Source: Gammaproteobacteria bacterium (GTDB lineage Bacteria > Pseudomonadota > Gammaproteobacteria > Eutrophobiales > Eutrophobiaceae). Taken from it: 64,000 nucleotides of DNA. The translations under genes and the position numbers were made by a program. The DNA lies in NCBI GenBank assembly GCA_965116495.1, contig OZ220696.1, forward strand, positions 416,001-480,000, read 5' to 3'. Below the pieces are notes generated by a model. It ran no database searches. It saw only the letters and a program-made list of their open reading frames with translations, and was not told where the DNA came from. Below, one piece after another: positions 1 to 10,053 of the stretch (its first letter is position 1; the number at the start of each line of letters is the position of its first letter).

Positions 1-191
1 CCGCCGGCAACCCGGACGTCATGTCCCTTGACCTTCTCAAATAACAGGGCAGGGCCCTTGTCTCCCATGTTCGAAGCCTTGCGCAGGTATGCCGCCAGTT
101 CGAATTCAAGCGACACTTCATCCCTGATACGCACCAGTCTACCGCTTTCCTCAAGATGGTTGAGAAACTCACGCATATCTTTAAATGCCAT
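1..191 (-). CDS. UbiD-family (prFMN-dependent) decarboxylase, N-terminal part; runs off the window start
   Basis: Not in the ORF track. Manual translation from ATG at 191 gives MAFKDMREFLNHLEESGRLVRIRDEVSLEFELAAYLRKASNMGDKGPALLFEKVKGHDVRVAG, the typical UbiD start (DxREFxxxLExxGxL...GPALLFExV). GAGGAG RBS upstream. Confidence 0.85.
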   Translation of the reverse strand, partial: MAFKDMREFLNHLEESGRLVRIRDEVSLEFELAAYLRKASNMGDKGPALLFEKVKGHDVRVAG

Positions 192-203
192 TACCGTCTC
201 CTC

Positions 204-1007
204 TCAGCCTGGTCGTTTATCCTCTACCTGTACCCGGAGACCCGAGCGGACGTGGGGGAAGTAATCCCACACGGCCAGGTGCTGGGTGCAGCGGTTGTCC
301 CAGAATGCCACGGAGTGGGGCTCCCAGCGGAACCGGACATGAAAATACGGGTCTTCAATATGCTGGTACAGGAATGCGAGGATATGCCGGCTCTCCCGGT
401 CGCTCAGTTCATTGATATGGCTGGTAAAACCGCGGTTGACGTAAATCACCTTGCGCCCGGTGGCCGGGTGTTCCCGGATAATCGGATGGACGGCTCTCGG
501 ATACTTGCCGTGCGGGTCAAACCGTCCGAAGGCCAGCATACCGTCATGGGTGGCGGTCAGTGCATCCAGGTAGTCCTTCATGCCGTCCGAAAGCGCGTCG
601 TAAGCGGCATACATACTGGAGAAGACAGTATCGCCCCCCATGGGCGGCAGCGTATGCAGGTAGAGAATGCTGCCCATCGGCGGCACTTCGGCGCAGGACA
701 TATCGGTATGCCACTCTTCTCCTGATACATGTTTGGAGTTCTCGTCCGCGTGCAGTTTGCGTACTTCCGGATGGTCGGGAAGTCCTTTAAGTGCATGTTT
801 CTGCAACGGTCCGAAGTAAAGGCCGACCCGCTTCAGCGAGGCGGCATCAAGCGCCTGGTTGCGAAAGAAAATCACCAAGTGCGCCGCCAGGGCGTTGTGC
901 AGGTCTTCAAGCTGGATGTCATTCAGCGGTTCCGCCAGGTTGATGCCCGTGACGACTGCCCCGATCCGGGGTGTCAGCGGGGCTACCTCAATGGTTTGGT
1001 ATGTCAT
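204..1007 (-). CDS. TauD/TfdA-family Fe(II)/2-oxoglutarate dioxygenase
   Basis: PLTPRIGAVVTG start, WHTD (HxD), GGDT.F and WDNRCTQH motifs. Start taken at MTYQTIEV (1007); ORF track opens at 1034. Confidence 0.9.
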   Translation of the reverse strand: MTYQTIEVAPLTPRIGAVVTGINLAEPLNDIQLEDLHNALAAHLVIFFRNQALDAASLKRVGLYFGPLQKHALKGLPDHPEVRKLHADENSKHVSGEEWHTDMSCAEVPPMGSILYLHTLPPMGGDTVFSSMYAAYDALSDGMKDYLDALTATHDGMLAFGRFDPHGKYPRAVHPIIREHPATGRKVIYVNRGFTSHINELSDRESRHILAFLYQHIEDPYFHVRFRWEPHSVAFWDNRCTQHLAVWDYFPHVRSGLRVQVEDKRPG

Positions 1008-1160
1008 GGTCTTGTCCCTGTGAACCTCCGGCACATCCGGCGATGGCTGATGATTGATATAGTACCGATTACAGTCGTCAATAATATCACAAATAATATT
1101 GCTGTCTTTCCCTGCCCGTTTAAGATAAATTCACGTATCCAACCGGCGCTTGTACACAAC

Positions 1161-2375
1161 ATGAAAAAAACCGACAGCCGTAACATCCAGGCGACATTGA
1201 TGGTCGGAGCCGGCCTGTTGCTGGTATTTATACTGGGGATATTCTCCGACGTGTTGTACTGGGACCGCTACCTGCGCGCATACACGTTCGAAACATTTGT
1301 TGAGAATCCGTTCCCGGCCCTGGAACGCTTGTATCCGCAGGAGACAGTGCCCGGCGCCGATAACCCCGTCACTATTCCACGTGCGGAGGTTGCATCCCGG
1401 ACTATCACTGCTGCCGCACTTGACGAGGCGGTTGTCTTCGCGGAAGCGAGCGACTCCACCTCGCTGATTGTGTCCCATAAGGGCGTAATCCAGTTGGAAA
1501 AGTACTGGAACGGAGAGGGGGCCGGCCAGGTCGTCTACTCCTTTTCCATGCACAAGAGTATTGTCGCCCTGTTGATCGGCATAGCCATCGATGAGGGCCT
1601 GATCCGCGGCATTGACGACCCGCTGGCAAGGTATCTGCCGGAATGGCAGGGTGACCCGCGTGAGCTGATCACGCTGCGCCATGCCCTGCAAATGAACAGC
1701 GGTCTCGAACCCATGAGTTTCCCTGCAAATCCGTTTTCAAAACACGTTAAACGGCAGATCGGCACCGACCTCGCCGGCACTGCCCTCAGTTTTCGCCTGC
1801 ACGAAGAGCCGGGCAGCGAATTCGACTATAACGGCGTCAATCCGACCCTGCTGGTCATGGTGCTGGAGCAGGCAACGGGCAGGCGCTACGCGGCTTACCT
1901 CTCAGAGAAGCTGTGGCAACCCCTGAGCAATGAAGACGCCAGTGTCTGGCTTGATCGTCCCGGTGGACTGGCGCGGGGTGCTACCTCATTGTATGCGAAA
2001 CCCATGGACTGGTTGCGCATCGGAGAGATGCTGCTCAACAAGGGCAGGGCAAACGGCAGGCAGGTCATCCCGGAACGCTGGCTGGCAGCGTTGACCATAC
2101 CGTCACCGACCAATCCCCGCTACGGCCTGTTGACCTGGATTGGTACGGACTACGTGGAGGAGCGCACCCTGGAAGCCTTCGAGGGTTTTGCCGCAGTCGC
2201 ACAAACGCCGTTTGACGCCGGCGACATCATCTATTTCGACGGCCTGGGAGGACAACGGGTATACGTGATACCGTCGGCACAACTGGTCATCGTCAGGACC
2301 GGTGTGCTCGCATGGGAATGGAATGACACTCGCCTGCCGAACCTGATTCTCGCAGGGATTAAAGAAACTCCCTGA
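1161..2375 (+). CDS. Serine hydrolase, beta-lactamase class C-like family, with N-terminal membrane anchor
   Basis: SxxK (FSMHKS), LxMxSGL, FDYNG and GLGGQ motifs. Hydrophobic segment follows MKKTDSRN. The longer ORF from 729 overlaps the TauD gene. Confidence 0.85.
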   Translation: MKKTDSRNIQATLMVGAGLLLVFILGIFSDVLYWDRYLRAYTFETFVENPFPALERLYPQETVPGADNPVTIPRAEVASRTITAAALDEAVVFAEASDSTSLIVSHKGVIQLEKYWNGEGAGQVVYSFSMHKSIVALLIGIAIDEGLIRGIDDPLARYLPEWQGDPRELITLRHALQMNSGLEPMSFPANPFSKHVKRQIGTDLAGTALSFRLHEEPGSEFDYNGVNPTLLVMVLEQATGRRYAAYLSEKLWQPLSNEDASVWLDRPGGLARGATSLYAKPMDWLRIGEMLLNKGRANGRQVIPERWLAALTIPSPTNPRYGLLTWIGTDYVEERTLEAFEGFAAVAQTPFDAGDIIYFDGLGGQRVYVIPSAQLVIVRTGVLAWEWNDTRLPNLILAGIKETP

Positions 2376-2430
2376 TTAAACCCGCATGATCAGGTCTCAG
2401 CACACCCCGACAGCACGTAGCACAGCTTAC

Positions 2431-2456
2431 CGGGGACAGAATTGATTCTGTCCCCG
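2431..2456. repeat. GGGGAC-family palindrome (REP-like)
   Basis: CGGGGACAGAAT-TG-ATTCTGTCCCCG, perfect 12-bp arms. Confidence 0.8.
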
Positions 2457-2483
2457 AATTTTCACGGCAAAGAGAGAGAAAAC

Positions 2484-3737
2484 ATGACTCAGCAGAGACA
2501 GGGGCCTTTCTTCGGCTGGTTCGTGGTCGGCGCCACCAGTCTGTGTATCTCAACCGGTCCCGGTCCGTTTGCCTTTGCCGCGCTGGGCCTGTTCATCATC
2601 CCGTTCGAGACGGAATTCGGCTGGGATCGGACCCAGATCAGCGCCTGTCTCACCCTGCTGGTTGCGGCGACGGCCGTCTCCGTCCCGATCATCGGCCGTT
2701 GCGTGGACAAACTGGGGTCGCGGGCTATTTTATTTCCCTCCCTGGTTATCTTTGCCCTGTGCCTGGCGGCTATTCCCACATTCGTGTCCGAACTTTGGCA
2801 CCTGGTGCTGGTATTCCTGCTCATCGGCACCATTGCCGCAGGCACAAACAGTGTGCCTTACATGCCGGTACTGTCCGCCTGGTTTTTCAAGTATCGCGGG
2901 CTGGCCATCGGCATTTCCGACGCCGGCATCGGCCTGGGTTATGCCTATGTGCCGTTGCTGCTTCAATTCCTGATCGATACCGTAGGCTGGCGTTACGGCT
3001 ACTACGCCTTGAGCGGAATTGTCCTGTTCGTTGCCTTGCCTCTGGTCTACTTTTTCCTGAGGGAATCACCCGCGGAAATGGACCTGAAACCCGATGGGCA
3101 GACCACGGGTAAAGTGCCCGAGGCGACCAGGAAAGATGTGGGACTGGATGTGAAGGCAATATCAAGGCATCGCGAATTCTGGATACTGGTAGCGATCTTT
3201 GTGATTTTATCGTTCGCATTGAACGGCATGCTGTCCCACCTGGTGCCCATGCTTTCGGACCGGGGCATGGACACCGGCAGCGCCGCGGCCGTGGCGGCGA
3301 CGGTGGGCATCACCGTATTTGTCAGCCGTATCGTCATCGGCTACCTGATCGACCATTATTTTGCGCCTTACGTCGCCATGCTGGCTTTCAGTTTGTCCGC
3401 GCTCGGCATAGCCGTCTTTGCGCTGGGTGCGGTGGATGCCATGGCCTTCGTTGGCGCCATCTGCGTGGGCCTGAGCCTGGGGGCCGAAGGGGACCTGCTG
3501 GCCTACCTGGTCGGCCGTTATTTCGGCCTGAAATCATTTGGTGCGGCCTTCGGTTTCCTGTTCTCGGCGGTGTTGGTCGGCACGGCTATGGGACCGCTCG
3601 CCTTCGGCATCGGTTTCGATACCACCGGGTCTTACATCGGCATCCTGACGATTTGCGTGGGGCTCAATATCCTGGCCGTTATCCTGACCGGCTTCCTTGG
3701 TAAATATCCGGACTGGGAGAAACAGACTGCTAAATGA
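2484..3737 (+). CDS. MFS transporter
   Basis: About 12 hydrophobic segments, MFS motif A variants (GRCVDKLGSR, GYLIDHY) and WFFKYRGLAIG. Confidence 0.9.
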   Translation: MTQQRQGPFFGWFVVGATSLCISTGPGPFAFAALGLFIIPFETEFGWDRTQISACLTLLVAATAVSVPIIGRCVDKLGSRAILFPSLVIFALCLAAIPTFVSELWHLVLVFLLIGTIAAGTNSVPYMPVLSAWFFKYRGLAIGISDAGIGLGYAYVPLLLQFLIDTVGWRYGYYALSGIVLFVALPLVYFFLRESPAEMDLKPDGQTTGKVPEATRKDVGLDVKAISRHREFWILVAIFVILSFALNGMLSHLVPMLSDRGMDTGSAAAVAATVGITVFVSRIVIGYLIDHYFAPYVAMLAFSLSALGIAVFALGAVDAMAFVGAICVGLSLGAEGDLLAYLVGRYFGLKSFGAAFGFLFSAVLVGTAMGPLAFGIGFDTTGSYIGILTICVGLNILAVILTGFLGKYPDWEKQTAK

Positions 3738-5461
3738 TGAAATCTAACAAATTTTTATTCGTATTGACGGCCGCGTTTTGCCTGGTTGCCGGGACGGTTC
3801 AGACAAAACCGAACCTAAATGAGCTTGTTAACGCCTACATAGAAGAGTGGACCGGGTTTTATCCGAGCAATGCATTTCGTAACGGGCTCAGACCGGCTGC
3901 ACGGCAATTCGAGGATTTTTCCGGCGACAGGGTCGGGGAATGGATTGCCTATAACCGGCGTACCCTGGAGTTGCTCGACTCCCTGCCGGCCCTGTCCGTC
4001 AATGAACAGGTTGATGCGCGGGTATTGCGGCGCCAGGCCAGGCGGGAGCTGGAGCGCTGGGTGCATGACGGCGCGCTGGTCAACCAGCCCGCCTGGTATG
4101 CCGAGGTGATTTCCCAGGCCCTGACCTATATCCTGGTACGCGAACAGTTCACCCCTGAAGACAAGCTCGGGGCCGTCCTGCAACGACTCAAGGGGGTGCA
4201 GTCCCTGTGCGAACTCGGCATGACAAACCTGCAAAACGGCAGCCGGGAAAGAACGCAGCGAGCCGTGGAAGTACTGGAGCGCACAAAGACTTTTTATCAT
4301 GACAGCCTGCCCGGATTGATGCATGACTGGTCCGGGGGTAATCAGCATGAACAGGTAACGCAGGTCATCAGTGATACCGTTAACACGGTGGATGCCCTGT
4401 TGCGCCACATCCGAGAGACCGTGTTGCCGGACACTTCCATCCCGGACCGCCTTGATGATCGGGATTATGCGCGTAAATTAAGGATTTATACGGACAGCGA
4501 CCTCACCCCGGCACAACTCAGGGACCGCGCTGCGGCGGAGATCGAGGAAGTGCGGAGATTGATGGCGATCGAGGCAGGGGCCTGGTGGAATGAGCAAGGT
4601 TCAGACTCGCCGATGCCTGCGGATGAGAATGAACTGCTGGAGGCGGTAATGGCGGAAATGGAGCGGGCGAGATCGGACAACCGTTCCGATTTCGTGAAGT
4701 TTTTCAGGGAGTTGACCGACAGGGCGGAAACGTTCCTGGTGCAAAACGACCTGGCGACGGTACCCTTGCCTCGCACCATATACGTTGGCCTGTCACCCGA
4801 TCACTTCTCCGGCGCAGCCTATGGCGGGGTCTACTCGGCAGGCCCGTTCAATCCCGGCGCCGATACGCTGTTTTACCTGCCTTCCATTCCCGATGATTCA
4901 ACGCCGGAACAGAAAAACGGGTTTTACCGTTCCTTCAACGACCACTTCAACACGATGATCATCGCCCATGAGATCTACCCGGGACACTACCTGCAACTCA
5001 AGGTCGGGGCCGGCGCGGCGCCGGCCTTGCGCACGCTGTTTGCTAACGGTGTGTATGTCGAGGGCTGGGGCACGTTCAGCGAAGAGTTGATGCTGGATGC
5101 CGGCTGGGATGACCATAACAGGTTGACGCGCCTTGCGCATTTAAGGAAGCGCCTGGAAAATGCGACGCGCGCCTACGTCAGCGTCATGGTGCACGTTCAT
5201 GACTGGAACAAGGAGCAGGTAATGGAATTCGCGGTAACGCGCGGTCTGCTGCCGCCGCAGTTTGCGGCCAATTTATGGGTCCGGGTAATGAACAACCCGT
5301 TGCAGATTCCCAGTTATTTCCTCGGCTTCCATGGCTTCAGGAAACTGTGGCAGGAAGAACAGGCCCGGCTAGGCGAGAGTTTCACAACCCGTGAATTTGT
5401 CGACAGCGTTTTACAGGCTGGGCCGATACCCATTGATGTCCTTACGTTAACCTTTCGCTGA
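3734..5461 (+). CDS. DUF885-family exported protein (putative metallopeptidase-like)
   Basis: Signal peptide, AHEIYPGHYLQ, VEGW and SYxLG motifs. Overlaps the MFS stop codon. Confidence 0.85.
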   Translation: MMKSNKFLFVLTAAFCLVAGTVQTKPNLNELVNAYIEEWTGFYPSNAFRNGLRPAARQFEDFSGDRVGEWIAYNRRTLELLDSLPALSVNEQVDARVLRRQARRELERWVHDGALVNQPAWYAEVISQALTYILVREQFTPEDKLGAVLQRLKGVQSLCELGMTNLQNGSRERTQRAVEVLERTKTFYHDSLPGLMHDWSGGNQHEQVTQVISDTVNTVDALLRHIRETVLPDTSIPDRLDDRDYARKLRIYTDSDLTPAQLRDRAAAEIEEVRRLMAIEAGAWWNEQGSDSPMPADENELLEAVMAEMERARSDNRSDFVKFFRELTDRAETFLVQNDLATVPLPRTIYVGLSPDHFSGAAYGGVYSAGPFNPGADTLFYLPSIPDDSTPEQKNGFYRSFNDHFNTMIIAHEIYPGHYLQLKVGAGAAPALRTLFANGVYVEGWGTFSEELMLDAGWDDHNRLTRLAHLRKRLENATRAYVSVMVHVHDWNKEQVMEFAVTRGLLPPQFAANLWVRVMNNPLQIPSYFLGFHGFRKLWQEEQARLGESFTTREFVDSVLQAGPIPIDVLTLTFR

Positions 5462-5487
5462 TGGTGCGGGTTCATCCACCGGAGTAT

Positions 5488-5504
5488 ATTGTTGTGAACA
5501 ACCA
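5488..5504. promoter_or_regulatory. Candidate GntR-type operator
   Basis: GTTGT-GA-ACAAC palindrome core (5491-5502) about 25 bp upstream of a candidate -35. Confidence 0.3.
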
Positions 5505-5527
5505 ACAAAAATTTATTGTGTTATGTA

Positions 5528-5556
5528 TTGAAACAACAATATGTGTGGGTTAAACT
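5528..5556 (+). promoter_or_regulatory. Candidate sigma70 promoter for the SnoaL-TBDR unit
   Basis: TTGAAA, 17 bp, TAAACT in an AT-rich intergenic region. Confidence 0.5.
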
Positions 5557-5653
5557 TACACGTAATCCAAATATCAGGTAGGGGACAGGGGCTACTATGT
5601 CAGCGGCATTGGCAGACGAGCCCCGTTCATCATTGGTGAGTGGATGCCTGCTG

Positions 5654-6142
5654 ATGAAAGAATTTATAAAAATAATACTCATGATTTTGCTATGCCAGTT
5701 GGGAACTCCTGTTTTCGCAGATCAGGGTGATGCCAACGTGCTGGTACGGATGTTTGACTGGTGGAATACCGCCATGAAAACACCCGACGGCTTGACGGAA
5801 CAGGCTTTTAGTGAGTATTACACCGAGGATGCGGCCATTATCATCAATGGCAATGAACTGGTACGCGGTATTGAACCCATGGTCGAACACTTCAGGGGCG
5901 CCCGGGCGCGCATCGAATCAGTGGAAATTGTGCTGCCGTTCGAAGAAGAATTCGAGTCCGAATCCGGTGACCACATCTTTACCTATCACCTGGTACGCAC
6001 CCGTGTAGACGGTGCAGACCGGCTTTCTCACTTAATGGGTTATGCTGCTGTCGATGACGGCAGAATTTCATTGATCAATTTTGTGAGATACGATCGACCG
6101 GCTGCCGCTGATGCGGTGGCTTTATCCAATTATCCTCAATAG
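5654..6142 (+). CDS. Exported NTF2/SnoaL-like protein
   Basis: Signal peptide MKEFIKIILMILLCQLGTPVFA and YYTEDA...NG...RG pattern of NTF2-like folds. ORF track opens at 5597. Confidence 0.65.
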   Translation: MKEFIKIILMILLCQLGTPVFADQGDANVLVRMFDWWNTAMKTPDGLTEQAFSEYYTEDAAIIINGNELVRGIEPMVEHFRGARARIESVEIVLPFEEEFESESGDHIFTYHLVRTRVDGADRLSHLMGYAAVDDGRISLINFVRYDRPAAADAVALSNYPQ

Positions 6143-6170
6143 CTAATGCAAGATCACAAAAGGGGGAGAT

Positions 6171-8462
6171 ATGAGCAGCAAAAATATTAACAATAATTCA
6201 GTCAGTCTTGTGCGACTGTTAGTCACGAGTTTTGGAATCCTGCTGCTGGGTTTTTCCAGCGCCATCGTCGCCCAGGACAGCGTCGGGATTGAAGAGGTGG
6301 TGGTCACCGCGCAGCGTCGAGAGCAGAACTTGCAGGAAGTGCCGATTAGCATCTCCGCGTTCAACGCAGATAACGTCGAGGCATATATGTTCAATGACGT
6401 GACGGATTATCTTATCCGCACCCCCAATGCCGCCTGGACCTCGGTCGGTTCCAAGTCAAGACGGGAACTGTCTATCCGGGGCGCGACAAACCTCCTGAAT
6501 ATCAACCGTGGTTTGAGAACTTCCACGTTCGCTTTTTACCAGGATGATTTCAGTGTCAACGGGAGTACGGGTAATCCGCCGGTCATGGACGTAGAGCGCA
6601 TTGAGATTCTGCGCGGACCACAGGCGACTTACTTCGGCAGAAATGCACTTGCGGGCGGTCTCAGTGTTACCTCGAAAAAACCCCATAACGACCTGGCGGG
6701 GTCGGTAATGGTGGATTATTCACGTTTCGACACCATAGATGTCGAAGGTATTGTGAACCTGCCGGTCGTGAAAGACGTACTGGCCATGCGCGGCAACATC
6801 AAATACTCGGAATCGGATGGGAATATCAAGAACATCAATCCTGTCGGCGGCGGCAATGAGTCGGAATACAAATACGTCAGGACCGCAATACGTTTTACCC
6901 CAACTGATGCCCTGACCGTGGATATCACCGGAACGCTTGCCTCCGAGACAGCAGGCATGCGCGAAGGCGTCCCGACCGGAGTCTTCTCGAATTTCGGTAA
7001 CTTTCTATATCAGAGAGACAGTACAAGGTTTCCTGATGCCAATAACGACGGTATTCGGGAACCAATTCGGGACGGAGTCGGTTTCTACCCTGAAAACAGA
7101 ACGAGAGTAAATTTTAACTTCCCCCAACAGGTAGGCACCAATTACCGGATGATAACGGGCCGTGTGGATTATGAACTGGGCAATGTGTTGTTTACAAGCA
7201 TCTCCGGCCATATCAATTCGGATTTTTACCTGAATGGCGACGTAGATGGCGCCAGTATCGATGCCTGGAATGAATTCAGGAATATTGAACGCCAGAGCTT
7301 CAGCCAGGAAGTGCGCTTGCAGAATACCAACGAGGGCCGCTTCCAGTGGAGTGTCGGTGGTCTGTATGCCAAGGATGAAAGTGATTACAGAAGTGCCACT
7401 TTGACCGGCAGGGATAATGGATTTGGCGCGCCAGCGGGCATTCCCGTCGGTACTACAGACGATCATGATGAGATTGAAAGCTGGGCCCTGTTCGGGCAGT
7501 TTGACGCGGATTTCACGGACAAACTGACACTTTCCCTGGGGGGTCGATACAGCGAAGAAACGATCGGTGCAGATGTCAGCTATATTGCCGCTACTTTAAG
7601 TCAGATCGCTACGGTCGAGCAGAAATTTACCAGTTTTTCTCCCCGGTTTGCGGTTAACTATGGCGTTACCGAAGACATCAACCTGTACGGGACGATTTCG
7701 AAAGGCATCAAATCTGCCGGCATAAATACGGATGCCGCAATAGTTGTGCTCCAGACCGGCTCTGAAGAACTGACACAGTTCTTTGAGCCGGAGATTATGT
7801 GGAACTACGAACTGGGTGTAAAGGCGGACCTTTTCGATGACAGGCTGAGACTCAACGCCGCCGTATTTTACATGAAATGGACGGATATGCAGGCGGATTT
7901 CCTGCAATTCGTAGTGATAGACGGCGCGCTGGCGGGATTCGATGTGGTCAGTAACGCAGAATCTGCAACCTCGAAAGGTGTAGAGGTATCGCTTACTGCC
8001 CTACCCATCGAAAATCTCATTGTGAATTTTGACGTCGGTTACCTGAGTGCAAAATTTGACAAGGCCGTTATCTTTATTGAAGGACAGAATCATGTATTGG
8101 ATGGTGTAAGGACACCCCTGGCCCCCGAGTGGACTCTGGCTGCGGACGCCGAATATACGTTCAACGTCAGCCCGACATACGATGGTTTCGCCCGCGTCGA
8201 GTGGACGTACCGGGACGGGACCAAGACCAATGTTGCTGGCCTGATACACGATGGTTTTCCCTATTATTCGCCCAGCTACGATTTCTTCAACCTGCGCGCC
8301 GGCATTCGCCACAAGAACTTTACCATTACAGGGTATGCAGAGAACCTGTTTGATAGTAATTATTACCCGAATGCCTACATCAAAGCCTGGGCCAGCGGTA
8401 TGTCCGTTGAACCGTCATTCCGGACTTACGGCATTCGTGTAAAATATACGTACGGCGAGTAG
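6171..8462 (+). CDS. TonB-dependent receptor
   Basis: Signal peptide, EEVVVTAQRREQNLQEVP TonB-box region, ERIEILRGPQATYFGRNA plug motif, C-terminal RTYGIRVKY. Confidence 0.95.
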   Translation: MSSKNINNNSVSLVRLLVTSFGILLLGFSSAIVAQDSVGIEEVVVTAQRREQNLQEVPISISAFNADNVEAYMFNDVTDYLIRTPNAAWTSVGSKSRRELSIRGATNLLNINRGLRTSTFAFYQDDFSVNGSTGNPPVMDVERIEILRGPQATYFGRNALAGGLSVTSKKPHNDLAGSVMVDYSRFDTIDVEGIVNLPVVKDVLAMRGNIKYSESDGNIKNINPVGGGNESEYKYVRTAIRFTPTDALTVDITGTLASETAGMREGVPTGVFSNFGNFLYQRDSTRFPDANNDGIREPIRDGVGFYPENRTRVNFNFPQQVGTNYRMITGRVDYELGNVLFTSISGHINSDFYLNGDVDGASIDAWNEFRNIERQSFSQEVRLQNTNEGRFQWSVGGLYAKDESDYRSATLTGRDNGFGAPAGIPVGTTDDHDEIESWALFGQFDADFTDKLTLSLGGRYSEETIGADVSYIAATLSQIATVEQKFTSFSPRFAVNYGVTEDINLYGTISKGIKSAGINTDAAIVVLQTGSEELTQFFEPEIMWNYELGVKADLFDDRLRLNAAVFYMKWTDMQADFLQFVVIDGALAGFDVVSNAESATSKGVEVSLTALPIENLIVNFDVGYLSAKFDKAVIFIEGQNHVLDGVRTPLAPEWTLAADAEYTFNVSPTYDGFARVEWTYRDGTKTNVAGLIHDGFPYYSPSYDFFNLRAGIRHKNFTITGYAENLFDSNYYPNAYIKAWASGMSVEPSFRTYGIRVKYTYGE

Positions 8463-8487
8463 TCTGGAAATCTATAAATAGGTAGCC

Positions 8488-8631
8488 CGTCACTCCCCTG
8501 CTGTCGCAGGGGCAGGCACTGCGCAAGTTTACGCCTGCATGGCGTTGAGCAGGTGCAGGAATCTATTCTGACAGTGTGCCGCAAAATGCGGCACACTGTA
8601 TCACCGTTTCCGGCATCCGCCGGAATGACAG
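8488..8631. repeat. Degenerate CGTC-type REP-like composite element with hairpins
   Basis: CGTCACTCCCCTGC-TGTC-GCAGGGG at the left and TTCCGGCATCCGCCGGAATGAC at the right, resembling the pair at 55393-55490. Confidence 0.4.
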
Positions 8632-8686
8632 TTGGATCTGAACGACTAAGGGATAAGTGTCACACCTGATGGGGGAGGTAACTGGC

Positions 8687-9970
8687 ATGAGCATAAACCG
8701 GGCACTGTTAAGCATTATACTTCTGATTTTCCTGATAGCATTTGTCCTGACAGCAAATGCAGCCGGAATTTCTGCCATTATCGGCGGCACCGTGGTTGAC
8801 CTTGATGGGAATGCACCAATTGAGAATGCCGTGATTGTTATTGAGGGCGAGCGGATCGCGGCAATCGGCGCGGCCGGCAGCGTTGAAATCCCTGACGGCG
8901 CCGAGCAGGTAGACGCCAAGGGCACCTGGCTCATCCCCGGCCTGATGAATATGCACGTTCATCTCGGTCTTATCCTGCCCGGCAAGATGAAAGCGGAATT
9001 GGCCAACGAATCCGAAGCTGCACTGGCCCTGCGCATGGCTGCGGCAGCGCGGGAAACCCTGCAGGCAGGCGTTACTACCATACGTTTACCCGGGGACACG
9101 GCACATGCCGACCTGGCCCTGATGAGAGCGATAAACAAGGGACAGGCTGATGGCCCGCGCATATTCAGTTCCGGTGAAGCACTTACGATAACCGCCGGAC
9201 ACGGGTCAAAAGGCGGCAAGAGAAATTACGATGGCCCGGATGAACTGGTAAAAGCGGCGCGTACGCAGATCAGCGCAGGGGCGAAATGGATCAAGATCCT
9301 CATATCGGGCGGGATAGCCACCGCCGGGGGTGATCTTGATGCAGTACTGATGACACCCGGGGAGATCAGTGCGGTGATCGACGCTGCCCACCGCTTCGGG
9401 GTGAAGGTGACGGCGCACTCCGGTTCCCCGACAGCCACAAGCATTGCCATTGATGCCGGACTGGATTGTGTAGAACATGGTTACTTCCTTGATCGTCCGA
9501 CCCTCAGGAAAATGAGGGAGCACGGCACCTGGCTGGTGCCGACCATCGTCGTGAGCCAACCGGCTACAGAGCCGTTTTTTAAGGCGATCGGTTCACCGCC
9601 GTGGTACCTGGAACGGCGTAATTCCGCCGGCATAGCGCACTGGAAGGCGCTGCAGATGGCTATTGAGGAGGGCGTGAATATCGCCGTAGGTACGGACCAG
9701 TTACCGCACGAACCCAATGACGGCACCACAGCGACCGTGCGCGAGGCGCAATACTACGCGGAAGCCGGCATGACCCCGCTGCAGGCGTTGCGCTCGGCAA
9801 CTATAGAACCCGCCAGGCTGCTGGAAGCGGAGGATGAGATCGGGTCTCTGGAAACGGGCAAATATGCCGATATCGTTGCCGTGGACAGTGACCCCACGGA
9901 AGACATCAAGGCATTGCGCAATATCCTGCTGGTGATGAAAGGCGGCAAGGTCTACCGTAATAATCTGTAG
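8687..9970 (+). CDS. Exported metal-dependent amidohydrolase (Xaa-Pro dipeptidase-like), tandem copy 1
   Basis: Signal peptide, PGLMNMHVH, WIK, TAH, EHG, GTD, GKYADIVAV. GGAGGT RBS. Confidence 0.92.
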   Translation: MSINRALLSIILLIFLIAFVLTANAAGISAIIGGTVVDLDGNAPIENAVIVIEGERIAAIGAAGSVEIPDGAEQVDAKGTWLIPGLMNMHVHLGLILPGKMKAELANESEAALALRMAAAARETLQAGVTTIRLPGDTAHADLALMRAINKGQADGPRIFSSGEALTITAGHGSKGGKRNYDGPDELVKAARTQISAGAKWIKILISGGIATAGGDLDAVLMTPGEISAVIDAAHRFGVKVTAHSGSPTATSIAIDAGLDCVEHGYFLDRPTLRKMREHGTWLVPTIVVSQPATEPFFKAIGSPPWYLERRNSAGIAHWKALQMAIEEGVNIAVGTDQLPHEPNDGTTATVREAQYYAEAGMTPLQALRSATIEPARLLEAEDEIGSLETGKYADIVAVDSDPTEDIKALRNILLVMKGGKVYRNNL

Positions 9971-10053
9971 AAAAAGCATTTAATCCATCACCGGAATCGC
10001 AAAAAAGGCGATATTGCATAGAGAGGGGCCATCCCTGATCAGCAGGCCATGAA

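Noticed and set aside
729-1160. N-terminal extension of the 548-aa ORF
   Set aside because: It overlaps the TauD gene on the opposite strand; the recognisable protein begins at ATG 1161.
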